This document shows positions 11,504 to 22,230 of a stretch of 64,000 nt of DNA, in pieces. How positions within the stretch are numbered: the first letter of the stretch is position 1; each line of letters opens with the position of its first letter. The translations under genes were made by a program, and so were the position numbers. The stretch lies in contig NIVC01000905.1 in NCBI GenBank assembly GCA_002269645.1, positions 62,001-126,000 on the forward strand, written 5' to 3'. Below the pieces are notes generated by a model that did not search any database, was not told the origin of the DNA, and worked only from the letters and a program-made list of their open reading frames with translations. Origin of the DNA: Macrostomum lignano (taxonomy: Eukaryota).

Positions 11504-13127
11504 CTACCAGAAACCGTACGAATAATAACACCTGTAGTCAGTGACAGCGGCCGTATTGTAATCTTCATCATCTTCGCACCTGCATGTGGCGAATTTGGCT
11601 TTCCCAGAACGACAATGCCGCCATGACTGCCAGCTGCTCCAGTCACTCCAGCGGCACGAGGGACCGGCCTGTCTTTGCCTCCATTCTTGTGAACAGCTGT
11701 TTGACGAGCTCCTGATGCAGTCGTTGTAGGTGCGAGTCCTACTTCGCGTAATTTTATAATTATATCTGCAGTCCTTGTACCAGTTGCCCCAGTTGCCCCA
11801 GTCACACCAGGCAGTGTAGGCAGTGTCCGACTCGCTGCTCACCTCCGGGCCAGCCGACGCGCTGATTGGAGTGGAGCAGCCGCATTTGCGGACTCTCCTT
11901 CGAGTGAACTGCCGGTTGCATCCGGGATCGTAGTTGTTCGCGTAGTACCAAGACTTCCTATAGCCTTTGTCACTCGTCCACTCGTTCCAGCCTTGCCAGT
12001 TGCACCAGTTCCAAGTCTTCGGGGAATAAGGACAATTAACAATATTGGCTTTATCCTACTGAAAGTATCCCTGTTGCATTTTTAAATAAAAATTAAATCC
12101 AGCAACACCTTAAAGCTTACCTGGGTGATGTTATCAACCGCGGCCGTCTCGATGGTCTCAGGCGGCCTGTCAATCGGGCAGCGGCAGCTCCTGGACCGGT
12201 GCCTGCTGTTCCAGTTCCCGCAGACCAGGCTGCCTTCGGACGAGTCGGTGGCCCACTCAGACCACTGGCACCAGCTGATGAAGCTGCCCTGCGTCTGGCT
12301 TTTGTCCTTCGCGCCCTGACACCAGCCGCTCACGGAGGCCCCTTCGTCAGTGGGGCAGGTGCACTGGCGGACGCGGGTTCGATTCACAAGCGCGTTGCAG
12401 ATGTCGGAATCTCCGGTCGCACCAGAGGCGGTGGCCCAGTTGGTCCAGGACTGCCAGGTGCAGATGTCTGAGCAGGAGAAGTCGGTGTGCTTTCATGAAT
12501 CAAAGTATACAGGAAACTGCTCGATTAAAGACCCACTCACCGTGGTACAGAGTGACAGAAGACCCACTCACCGCGGTACAGAGTGACAGAAGACCCATTC
12601 ACCGTGGTACAGAGTGACAGAAGACCCACTCACCGTGGTACAGAGTGACAGAAGACCCACTCACCGCGGTACAGAGTGACAGAAGACCCATTCACCGTGG
12701 TACAGAGTGACAGAAGACCCACTCACCGTGGTACAGAGTGACAGAAGACCCACTCACCGTGGTACAGCTTGACGAAGGCGGCTTCCCCAGCCGTGCCGTT
12801 GCCAGTCCAGTAGGTCTCGAACTGTCCCTGGTCAGCCAGGTGGCACAGGCCCGCACTGGCATTGAAGTAGTACGCGTGGCAGAAAGCCCACGCCCTGCAC
12901 TTGGTCGCGCACTGGAGACTCCCCAGCCAGCTGGCGTTCATCCCCACCGGACCCACCAGCTTGATGGAGCCCGGACTCAGCTCCACGGCTGAGACCGCGG
13001 ACTCGTTGGGGCCGCCGATTCCCGACGGCAGACGATCAGACGCGTTGAAGTTGAACTCCCTGACTGTGGAAGCGTCGGTCAGCCGTGCCGCAGTCAGGAG
13101 TACTAAGGTCGCCACCGAGAGGCCCAT
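11504..13127 (-). CDS. Secreted PAN/Apple-like + TSP1-repeat protein, copy B; exons 13127-12758, 12467-12121, 12016-11504
   Basis: Near-identical to copy A with the same splice sites and phases; different C-terminus (YYSYGFW* versus YSYRDDDD*). Confidence 0.8.
12529..12768. repeat. 31-bp splice-donor minisatellite in copy B (about 8 units)
   Basis: Same unit as 1415-1841 with fewer copies. Confidence 0.95.
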
Positions 13128-14034
13128 CAGGCTGTGCTTGCTGAAGTTGCCGATTGCTGTGTTGCTGAGTGACAAAACTTTTCTCTCCTGCTTCTGGCCC
13201 GTCTCCCGCCCCGGGGGTCCAGGCCTTATGCGCATCGGATGCCTGCCTTCGCTTCTATTTGTTTTGTTGCCATAGCTAGCAGCAAACAGTAGGGGGGAAG
13301 CAGGTGCTGACTGTGGTGAGATGGAGGGAGGGCGATGATCCTGGCAGGCTATACATGAAGGTATAGCAAAGCTAAGCGCTCATGGTTAACAAAGGCAACG
13401 CATCTGAACAATTCAACAGTTTTTAACTCAGCAAAAGTCAGCGGAGCGTGTCCCCAGCAGTTTTTTTCCGAGGACTAGCGACACGTATGTTACGAGCTAG
13501 CATGGAGCGGAGACTGAGAGAGCTGGTTCAGTTCTCCCTGCAACTTTTCTTGTTGAAGCTTGTGCAGCAACTCATTAGACAAGCTGTGTGTATAGCTAAG
13601 CTACAGGAGCATTTTGGGCCTAGGAGCAGGGCCTCTTTGAATTACCTGCTGAAGCTTATTATTATATACTGAGGAATTTTGTCACGATACTGCATGTGTT
13701 GAACAAGAAATTTTACTCCGGTTTACGTGAGTTTGTATGCCAGCTGCTAAACCTATTAGACTGAAGTTTTAAGTCACTATTCCTAAACTTCTGCTATTTG
13801 TCCTGATGTACACCATATTCCTTTCATTCAGTCTATATACACTAATGTACATGTACCTACGTACTCTTGCAGGACTTGCAGGACACAACTATACGTAGTT
13901 ACGTACGTGTGGCTTCCTCTGGTCTCTCAAAATGTACATTCCAAAAATTCAATTCCTATATAGAAGTCTAGCTAAAGCCGCCAGACCAATAGGGTTAGAA
14001 TTAGTGACGCACGCAGAGAGAACTAATTAACATA

Positions 14035-14781
14035 TAGCATTTTGCAGCCCATTTGGGCTTACGCGCATTTAATTTAATCCAAGATATGTTTGCCAATGTA
14101 ACAGAGCTTTTGTCTATGGTAGCAAGGCTGGCGCAGCGGCATTTAATTTGGTCCAACAAGCATCCATTTGGTCCAAACACTCGTGAGCCATTGGACAAAC
14201 TCTTGCCTTCTCTCAACCGTCTTCAGGTTGTTGCGCACCGCTGGAATGTCAGCGTCTCTACCAGCAATTTTCAGTTACTTTTCCAGAGCTCTGCTGATAG
14301 TCGAAATCTGATAACCAACTGGAGCTGTTCCCTCAACTTCTGCTGCATTTTCTGAAACGTCAACAAAGGGTTCGTCTCCACTGCATCGAGTAGCAGTTGG
14401 ACCTGAGGCTCTCGAGCAAATTTCCTAGGCGATTGCCACCCTTTCGCAGGCAATCTCTGCCGGCAGAGTTTCAAGGCGCTGCTGGATGCTGTAAACCACC
14501 TTTTCTTTTACATTCAGCCACCTTGCAATGTCCTTTGGGTGTCTACCTCCGTCGAGTGCTTCGATCACAAGCCAATGGCATTCGTTCAACAGCCTAGCAT
14601 ATGGTCCACAATTCTGGGACTGAGCTGCAAATGAACTAAATGGACCAAATTGATGCTTGTTGGACCAAATTAAATGCCGCTGTGCCAGCCTTGCTACCAT
14701 AGACAAAAGCTCCATTACTTTGACAAACATATCTTGGATTAAATTCAATGCGCGTAAGCCCAAATGGGCTGCAAAAAGCTA
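14035..14781 (-). mobile_element. Internally deleted IS630/Tc1/mariner-like element with TIRs of about 140 bp
   Basis: Inverted repeats at 14035-14175 and 14640-14781 with TA at both ends. Frameshifted minus-strand HTH (GRHPKDIARWLNVKEKVVYSIQQR) and PAVRNNLKTVERRQEFVQW segments; no DDE domain. Absent from the paralogous site near 5100. Confidence 0.7.
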
Positions 14782-15094
14782 TTTTAAAGACTTTAATTCT
14801 ATATCGGTTTAAGACTATATATAGCTTGAATTAGCTTGTGGTGACTGCGTTTCGCTTTCTGTGCAGAGTGGGGGATGGGGGGGCTGTCTCTCTCTCTCTC
14901 TCTCTCTCGGATTGTACTCGCGCACGTGCATACTCTGGAGCGCGAGCACGCCAGAGGTAGCGGCTGATTGGTCAGCCTAGTCAGGCTGGAAAATAAACTG
15001 GTATTTATTGAGAGAGCTAGGCTTGGCCAGCTCTAAGAAGTTTTTTCTCTCTGCAAGCCACACAGACTTTGTTACAGTGGCGACGAGGTGACTA

Positions 15095-16204
15095 ATGGCC
15101 ACGGGCCTACTGTGTAGCATCGGTCCATTTGAGCCTGAAAATGAGGACTGGCTGCAGTACAAGGAAAGAGTGGAGCAAGTTTTCATTGCAAGCGACATAG
15201 AGTCCGAAGACAAAAAGCGAGCTGTCTTCCTCAGTGTCTGTGGCAAGAAGACATTCAAGCTGATTTGCAGCCTGCTGGCCCCGAGGAAGCCATCGGAGAC
15301 GAGCTACGCAGACATTTGCCAAAAACTAAAGGAGCACTGGAAGCCGGAGCCTTCTGAAATTGTGCAGCGTTTTCATTTCTATCAGCGCGTGCGGGCCAGC
15401 ACCGAGTCAGTGGCGGATTTCCTGGCCAGTTTGCGGCGTCTGGCCGTGGACTGCAAGTTCGGAAACAGCTTGGAGTCGATGCTCAGGGATCGGCTAGTGC
15501 TCGGCATCCAGGACGATCGGATCCAGCGCAGACTGCTGTCGGAGCCGGAGCTGGATCTCGAGAAGGCGCTGAAGATCGCTCAAGCGGTGGAGCTGGCGGA
15601 AAAAGGCTGCACGGTCGTCAGGAGCTCACAGGAGGTGGCTGGCCCTGCGGCGGCTGCTTCAGTCGATCGAGTCGACCAGGCCAAGGCGACCGGATCTGGT
15701 CGAGCCCCACAGAAGTGTTTCCGGTGCTTGTCGACTCGACATCTGGCGGACAAGTGCCCGTTCATCAAGAAGGCATGCTTCAAGTGCGGCAAGCTCGGGC
15801 ACACCGCAGCTGCTTGCCGTAGAGGCGCCGGGGCATCTGGTGCGGACTCCAAGCCCCGCGTGGGCGCCGTGCAAGAAGCAGAAGACGAGGACTGCAGCTC
15901 CCTTAACACCGTGCCCAGCGTTGCAGCCAAGGTGCCACCCTACTTGACCAAGGTACTGATCAACGGCGTGTCCTGCCAGATGGAGATAGACACGGGCGCC
16001 GCGGTGTCGTTGATCTCAGCCAAAGTCTACCAGGATCTTCTCGGAGGTATCCCTAAGCTCGGTGGGACCACGATTCGGCTGCGGAACTACGGCGGCCAAC
16101 CTGTCAACGTGCTGGGACAGTTGAGCGTGTCACTGTGGAGATTCCAGGAAATGAAAAGAAACTGCTGCCTCTGGTGGTGGTCTCAGGAAGCGGCTCCAGC
16201 TTGA
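15095..16204 (+). CDS. gag: Gypsy Gag with two CCHC zinc knuckles and N-terminal part of the aspartic protease
   Basis: CFRCLSTRHLADKC, CFKCGKLGHTAAAC, IDTGAAVSLI. Confidence 0.92.
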   Translation: MATGLLCSIGPFEPENEDWLQYKERVEQVFIASDIESEDKKRAVFLSVCGKKTFKLICSLLAPRKPSETSYADICQKLKEHWKPEPSEIVQRFHFYQRVRASTESVADFLASLRRLAVDCKFGNSLESMLRDRLVLGIQDDRIQRRLLSEPELDLEKALKIAQAVELAEKGCTVVRSSQEVAGPAAAASVDRVDQAKATGSGRAPQKCFRCLSTRHLADKCPFIKKACFKCGKLGHTAAACRRGAGASGADSKPRVGAVQEAEDEDCSSLNTVPSVAAKVPPYLTKVLINGVSCQMEIDTGAAVSLISAKVYQDLLGGIPKLGGTTIRLRNYGGQPVNVLGQLSVSLWRFQEMKRNCCLWWWSQEAAPA

Positions 16205-19056
16205 TCGGACGGAACTGGCTGTCTGAACTAACCATGGACTGGAGAAGCATCAAGGAGCTGCGAGAGCGAGAACTGCCGGCTCAGGGAAATCAGCAGGTGG
16301 AGCAGCTGCAAAAGTACAGCGCAGTATTTTCGGACGGACTCGGTTGCTACACAGGCGAACCACTGAAATTGCGGACGAAACCAGGTGCACAGCCCAAATT
16401 TTTCAAAGCTCGGACGGTGCCGTTCGCTTTGAAGTCCAAGGTGGAAGAGCAGCTGGACCGGGAGATCGAGCAAGGCGTTCTGCAGCCTGTCTCTAACTCC
16501 GAGTACGCGTCTCCTATCGTGCCGGTGCTCAAGGCGGATGGATCCGTCAGAATCTGCGCGGATTTCAAGCGCACGGTGAACCAAGACGTTGTGCAGGACT
16601 CCTACCCGCTGCCCAGAATTGAAGAATTGTTCGCAAAGCTAACAGGAGGCCAGAAATTCACCAAGCTAGACCTCAGTCAGGCGTATCAGCAACTGCCCCT
16701 GGACTCGGAATCACAGCGTCTGTGCACCATCAACACCTCCAAAGGGTTGCTCAGGTACACCAGGTTGCCGTTCGGCATCTCACCGGCAGTCGGCATGTTT
16801 CAGAGGACAATGGACGGCTTGCTTCAAGGAAGACCGCACACGGCGGCTTTTATCGACGATCTGCTGGTGACAGGAACTGATGACGCGAAGCACCTGGAGA
16901 ACCTGGAAGCCGTTTTGCAGCGCCTACAAGATGCTGGGCTGAAGTGCCGAGCTGACAAGTGCCGGTTCATGCAGGAGTCCGTGAGTTACCTGGGCCACCG
17001 AATCGACGCCGGCGGTCTCCACCCGCTGGAAAGCAAGGTCAGCGCGATCGTTGAGGCGCCAGCTCCCCAGGACGTCACCCAACTCCGCAGCTTCCTGGGC
17101 CTCATAAATTATTATGGACGATTCCTGCCGAACCTGTCCAGCTTGCTCGCTCCGCTGCACCGCCTATTGGACAAGGGCGCTGCCTGGCAATGGAACAGCC
17201 CGCAAGAGAGTGCGTTTCACCGCTGCAAGGAGCTCCTGCTGAGCTCTCAGACGCTAGTGCATTTCGACCCCGGTAAAGAGGTCATCCTGGAGTGCGACAG
17301 CTCGCCCTACGGTCTCGGCGCGGTCATCTGCCACCTAATAGATGGCGTGGAGCGGCCCATCGCGTTTGCGTCCCGCACTCTGGCCGATGCGGAGAAGAAC
17401 TACTCCCAGACGGAGAAGGAGGCCTTGGCAGTTGTTTTCGGCGTCAAGCGAGTCCACACCTATCTGTACGGCCGGAACTTCCAGCTGAAGAGTGACCACA
17501 AGCCGCTTCTAGGACTGCTTCACGAGAACAAGGCCATTCCGCCACTAGCATCTGCCAGGATTCAGCGCTGGGCTCTGCTGCTGTCCAGCTACTCCTATCG
17601 ACTGCAATACCGCAAGGGCGCCACCCTGCTGCGGGCGGATGCACTGAGCCGGTTGCCGCTGCCGTCCAAGCCAGCGGAGGCGCCGGCGCCGGCTGAGGTG
17701 GTACTGCTGATCGACTCATTCAACGAGGGCCCAGTGACTGCGGCTCAAGTTCGCTGCTGGACACGGCGAGACCCGCTACTCGGTCGAGTGCTCAGGTTCG
17801 TGCAAGAAAGCTGGCCGGAGGATCGGCGAGGGAGCGAAGATCTGCGGCCGTTTGCGTCTCGAGCTGCGGAACTTAGCGTGGAGGACGGCTGCCTGCTGTG
17901 GGGCACCAGAGTGGTGGTGCCGGTTCAGGGACGCCTGGCGTTGCTCGAGTGTCTGCACCAAAGTCACCTAGGAGCGTCCAAGCTGAAGTCGCTGGCCAGG
18001 AACTATTTTTGGTGGCCGGGAATGGACGGAGACATCGAGCGGCTCTCGCAGCACTGCCGGCAGTGCAAACTGCATCAGCACAGCCCACCTCCAGCGCCGC
18101 TGCAGCCCTGGCCCTGGCCTGACAGACCGTGGTCAAGGGTCCACATGGATTACGCTGGACCGTTCGAAGGCAAGATGCTGCTGATTCTGGTCGACGCGCA
18201 TTCCAAGTGGATCGAGGTGCACATCTGCCAGTCCGCGACCAGCTCCGCTACAATCGATCGGCTCCGGCGGACTTTCAGCCAGCTGGGCCTGCCGGAGGTC
18301 GTGGTGACGGACAACGGGCCCAACTTCGTGAGTCAAGAGATGGAGAGCTTCATGAGCAGCAATGGCATCCGGCATGTCAAGGTGTCGCCCTATCATCCGG
18401 CGTCCAACGGCCTGGCGGAACGCGCGGTACAAACGGTGAAGGCGGCTCTGGCAAAGGGACAGCCGGCGGCTCTGCAGACTCGGCTCGCTCGGTTCCTGCT
18501 GACCTACCGGGTGACTCCGCACAGCACGACTGGCGTTCCGCCGAGCCAGCTGATGATGGGCCGGCCTCTGCGAACACTGCTGGATCTGGTACGTCCGGAC
18601 GTCTCGGCTGCGGTCACGCGACGACAGGAGGCACAGAAGCTACAACACGACAGGCGCGCCAGAGCGAGGTCCTTCGAGGAAGGCGACGACGTCGTAGTGC
18701 GGGATTTCACGGGTCAGCAGAAGTGGCTGCCGGCCAGCATCAGCCGACAAACAGCACCTTTGTCCTACGAGTGCCGGCTGCCTGATGATCGCATTGTACG
18801 CCGCCACGCCGACCATGTAGCCTCTGCAGGCGTCGAACCGCTGACCTCAGGAAGCACGGAACTGCCAATTAATGACGAGCTGCGCTACGAATCGGCTGAG
18901 GCAGAAGTTCCGCCGCTGCTGCCGCCCACGCCGCGGCCGCCCACACAGCCACCGACCGCGCCGCCGCCGCCCACGCAGCCGCCGCTTCCTCCGACTCCTC
19001 AGGCGCGGCGTTCGCAGAGGAACCGAAAATGCCCGGACAGGTTGACGTACAAGTGA
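16135..19056 (+). CDS. pol: Gypsy Pol (protease C-terminus, RT, RNase H, integrase), frameshifted relative to gag-PR
   Basis: RICADFK, KLDLSQAY, LPFG, FIDDLL, ECDSSPYGLGA, NYSQTEKEALA, SDHKPL, HQSHLG...CRQC, DYAGP, TDNG, SNGLAER. Confidence 0.95.
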   Translation: MEIPGNEKKLLPLVVVSGSGSSLIGRNWLSELTMDWRSIKELRERELPAQGNQQVEQLQKYSAVFSDGLGCYTGEPLKLRTKPGAQPKFFKARTVPFALKSKVEEQLDREIEQGVLQPVSNSEYASPIVPVLKADGSVRICADFKRTVNQDVVQDSYPLPRIEELFAKLTGGQKFTKLDLSQAYQQLPLDSESQRLCTINTSKGLLRYTRLPFGISPAVGMFQRTMDGLLQGRPHTAAFIDDLLVTGTDDAKHLENLEAVLQRLQDAGLKCRADKCRFMQESVSYLGHRIDAGGLHPLESKVSAIVEAPAPQDVTQLRSFLGLINYYGRFLPNLSSLLAPLHRLLDKGAAWQWNSPQESAFHRCKELLLSSQTLVHFDPGKEVILECDSSPYGLGAVICHLIDGVERPIAFASRTLADAEKNYSQTEKEALAVVFGVKRVHTYLYGRNFQLKSDHKPLLGLLHENKAIPPLASARIQRWALLLSSYSYRLQYRKGATLLRADALSRLPLPSKPAEAPAPAEVVLLIDSFNEGPVTAAQVRCWTRRDPLLGRVLRFVQESWPEDRRGSEDLRPFASRAAELSVEDGCLLWGTRVVVPVQGRLALLECLHQSHLGASKLKSLARNYFWWPGMDGDIERLSQHCRQCKLHQHSPPPAPLQPWPWPDRPWSRVHMDYAGPFEGKMLLILVDAHSKWIEVHICQSATSSATIDRLRRTFSQLGLPEVVVTDNGPNFVSQEMESFMSSNGIRHVKVSPYHPASNGLAERAVQTVKAALAKGQPAALQTRLARFLLTYRVTPHSTTGVPPSQLMMGRPLRTLLDLVRPDVSAAVTRRQEAQKLQHDRRARARSFEEGDDVVVRDFTGQQKWLPASISRQTAPLSYECRLPDDRIVRRHADHVASAGVEPLTSGSTELPINDELRYESAEAEVPPLLPPTPRPPTQPPTAPPPPTQPPLPPTPQARRSQRNRKCPDRLTYK

Positions 19057-20634
19057 ACGTTTTTTTTGTTTTTTTCCATGACAGACCTTTTTTTTTGTTT
19101 ACAGCTTTGGGTGGTGTTCGATTTTTTTTGTTTCTGTTATTGTTGTCGTGGTGCTGGGAAGTATTTTCTTTTCTCTTTTTTTTGTTTCTTTTTTGTTGCT
19201 GTTTTTTTCTTTTTTTCATCTACGTGTGGAGGGATGTGGTGACTGCGTTTCGCTTTCTGTGCAGAGTGGGGGATGGGGGGGCTGTCTCTCTCTCTCTCTC
19301 TCTCTCGGATTGTACTCGCGCACGTGCATACTCTGGAGCGCGAGCACGCCAGAGGTAGCGGCTGATTGGTCAGCCTAGTCAGGCTGGAAAATAAACTGGT
19401 ATTTATTGAGAGAGCTAGGCTTGGCCAGCTCTAAGAAGTTTTTTCTCTCTGCAAGCCACACAGACTTTGTTACATAGCTGATATACAAAAATGCATTCTT
19501 ATTTGAGCCAGCGTGTGGGAATGAAGGCAGTCGTGCAGGAATTAAATAATCTATGGCCAAATCTCCACTGTTTTACACATTGACATCGTGCAGGAATGAC
19601 ACTCTCCGCTCCTGCACGCAAACAATTTATTTAAAATTGTACGCGAATGTATGGAGAGGAGAGAGAATGTACACAGAGAGTGTGGAGGGAGGAAAGAGAG
19701 AGGCGGGGGTTAAAAATAAATCGATTTTTGTGCTTTTTTATTTCACGCCGACATATAAAATTAATTCAGTGAAGGGGGAGAATGGCTCTAATAAGAATGA
19801 AATTCATGAACGCTTACGAATGCGTCAATGGCAAAAGCACGAGTGCTTTATTGTGCTTTGGCCATAGACGCACGAGTAAGCGTTCATGAATTATGATGTA
19901 ACATATTGCGCGGTAGGCCAAAGCTCTAGATGATTTCGCCCAAGCCGTATGTACATGTAAGTTGTCTTCACCCTGCAAGGGAATCCATGCAGATTCCTCG
20001 ATTCTCCGATGACCAAATCAGATGACTGCCCACCCGGCCGGCCCCACTGCTTTTCATCTACATGTACATGTATCACAACAACGCGCGATACTGCTTGAAA
20101 TCATTCAAGTAGGCGGTGGTGTCCGTTTTTATCTCATTCCTATCGCCTAATTTTCTCACATCATGTGACACATTCTTCAGATTGCAACCCTTGGAATTAA
20201 TTAGTCGAACCAATTAATCAAAACCCTTTTTTTATGGTCAATCACAGAAGTACACGATCGACAAGCTGTAATAGGCTACTTTTGTGCTAGCTAGGCGACT
20301 CTCAATACATGTACATGCACATAAAATACATCATAAATGTATTTCCCGTTTTCCACATCACGCGGACTCCGGCTCACCTTTAATTCCCGTGATAGTTCAA
20401 CCTCCCTCGGTCCCGCGCGGACTGCCAGACCATAACGCCATTCGCCCTGAGATCTCCCTGAACCTGAAGACAACATATACTGCATGTATGCATACATGCA
20501 TCAGCATTAATTGCGTTCCTCTCGCTAATGCAGTCCAAGTTAATAAAGCTACGAGTATATATATGATTTATATTTACTTAATCATTTTTTACCTCCTCTC
20601 AAACAGGACCCAGAAAGATTTGTACATATGCACA

Positions 20635-20943
20635 CAGGGGCGTCGCCGTGGATTTTATGGTGGTAGGACAAATTAAAGCGAAAAATTATCATGTGCATGA
20701 CAAATTTCCTAAAATTTCATTATTTTCAGAATCGGCGCTGCAGGCACTCATTTTGGCGCCGCAGGCAGTCATTTGGCGCCGAAGGTGCTATATTTTGGCG
20801 CCGTGAAGAAAAATTATTGATTAACACAATGTCACTATAGGTAGGGTGGGGGGACAAAGCACTGACATGTCCCCCCTCTCATAGCTTTTACTTTGGGGGG
20901 ACATGTCCCCCCTGTTCCCCCCCCCTCGGTGGCGACGTGCCTG
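20635..20943. mobile_element. Short MITE-like element
   Basis: Termini CAGGGGCGTCGCC / GGCGACGTGCCTG, internal GGGGGACATGTCCCCC palindrome and TTGGCGCCG repeats; no TSD recognised. Confidence 0.5.
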
Positions 20944-21532
20944 CATGAACTTGTACATGTATTACTTTAGTACAAGTTAATTTGATCTAACCTGCTGGCC
21001 AAAGTGCCAAAGTTGCCAAATCCCAGATTTTAGGGGCTTAACAGAGTCGAAGCGACCTATATAAAGTGCAAGGCTTAAAGGAAGGTAACAAACTACATGT
21101 AAGTGGATTGCATGAATGAAGTTTTTTAAAAAGTGCTTAATTTCTTTACATTTGGATCAGTACATAAATAGAAATAGAAATTATAGAATTTGTTTAAGTC
21201 AATCTTAGGCTTCGTTTTTCCGAAACCCTCGCGGTTTAAAAAACTGCATTTTTTACCTTTTTGGCCTTTCTGTGTTTTCAGTAGAGGGTTGGTGTTGGCA
21301 GTCTTAATAATCCTAAATAGCCCTGTAGAAGCTTTATGTTAATATGTTGGTTAGTGAAAAAATTGCAAGGTGGTGATTCGTTTGAATAATAGGAAGGAAA
21401 TAAGAAAAGGAAAAAGTGAGAAGAATTGGCGATGCGATGCGCCTGCTGTATTATAGATATAATTTGACTATCCGAAAAGTTCTAGAAAATAGACTTAGAA
21501 AGTACTATCTATATACAAATACAAGTTTTAGA

Positions 21533-22230
21533 CAAGGACGACTTAAGTAGAAGGACGGGAAACCTCGTTTCTTAGAAAAGTTTTGAAGGCACTTTTTCCC
21601 GTAAAAATACACTACGGAGATAGGAAGTTTTCATTTTTTCAGCACAAAAATTGTTATTGCGTTTGATAGGAGGCAGATCCAGTGTTCATCTTTTGATATG
21701 TTGTGCCTTTTTTATTGCTCTATCGATATTTATAAAGCTTTTCGTTCAGAAAATTAGGATTCTATGTTAATTTTTTATTCTACGTATATTTCCTGTATCT
21801 AAAAATCACAAAAATGCATGACACAGCTCCAATATTTGGTTTTATGAGCCTATTTTATCATCTCTGTTACAAATATTTGCTACACAGTCGGGTAAGAATG
21901 ATAAAAAAGACTCATGAAGCCAAAGAGCCGAGCCGTGGCATTCTAATGTATTTCAAGCACAAGACACGCGAAAATATACGTAGAATAAAAAATTAACATA
22001 GAATCCCAATTTTCTGAACGAAAAGCTCCACAAATATCGATAGAGCAATAAAAAAGGCACAACATATCAAAAGATGAACACTGGATCTGCCTCCTATCAA
22101 ACGCAATAACAATTTTTGTGCTAAAAAAATGAAAACTTCCTATCTCCGTAGTGTATTTTAACGGGAAAAAGTGCCTTCAAAACTTTTCTAAGAAACGAGG
22201 TTTCCCGTCCTTCTACTTAAGTCGTCCTTG
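21533..22230. mobile_element. 698-bp MITE with long inverted arms and 8-bp TSD (P-element-like termini CAAGG...CCTTG)
   Basis: Inverted arms of about 265 bp; TSD GTTTTAGA at 21525-21532 and 22231-22238. Confidence 0.88.

Larger units (their letters stand above)
11200..14030. other. Segmental/tandem duplication of about 1-2278 plus 4087-5110
   Basis: Offset 11113 bp across exons 2-3; 13375-14030 matches 4087-5100; copy B lacks the 2280-4085 block. Confidence 0.85.
14837..19474 (+). mobile_element. Full-length Ty3/gypsy LTR retrotransposon (Mag / K02A2.6-like)
   Basis: 240-bp TG...CA LTRs at 14837-15076 and 19235-19474 that read as identical; TSD TAGCT (14832-14836, 19475-19479); PBS TGGCGACGAGG at 15078; polypurine GGAGGGA before the 3' LTR. 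Confidence 0.97.

Noticed and set aside
21533-22230. Assignment to the hAT superfamily on the 8-bp TSD alone
   Set aside because: Termini are shared with the THAP-encoding element, which points to the P superfamily instead.
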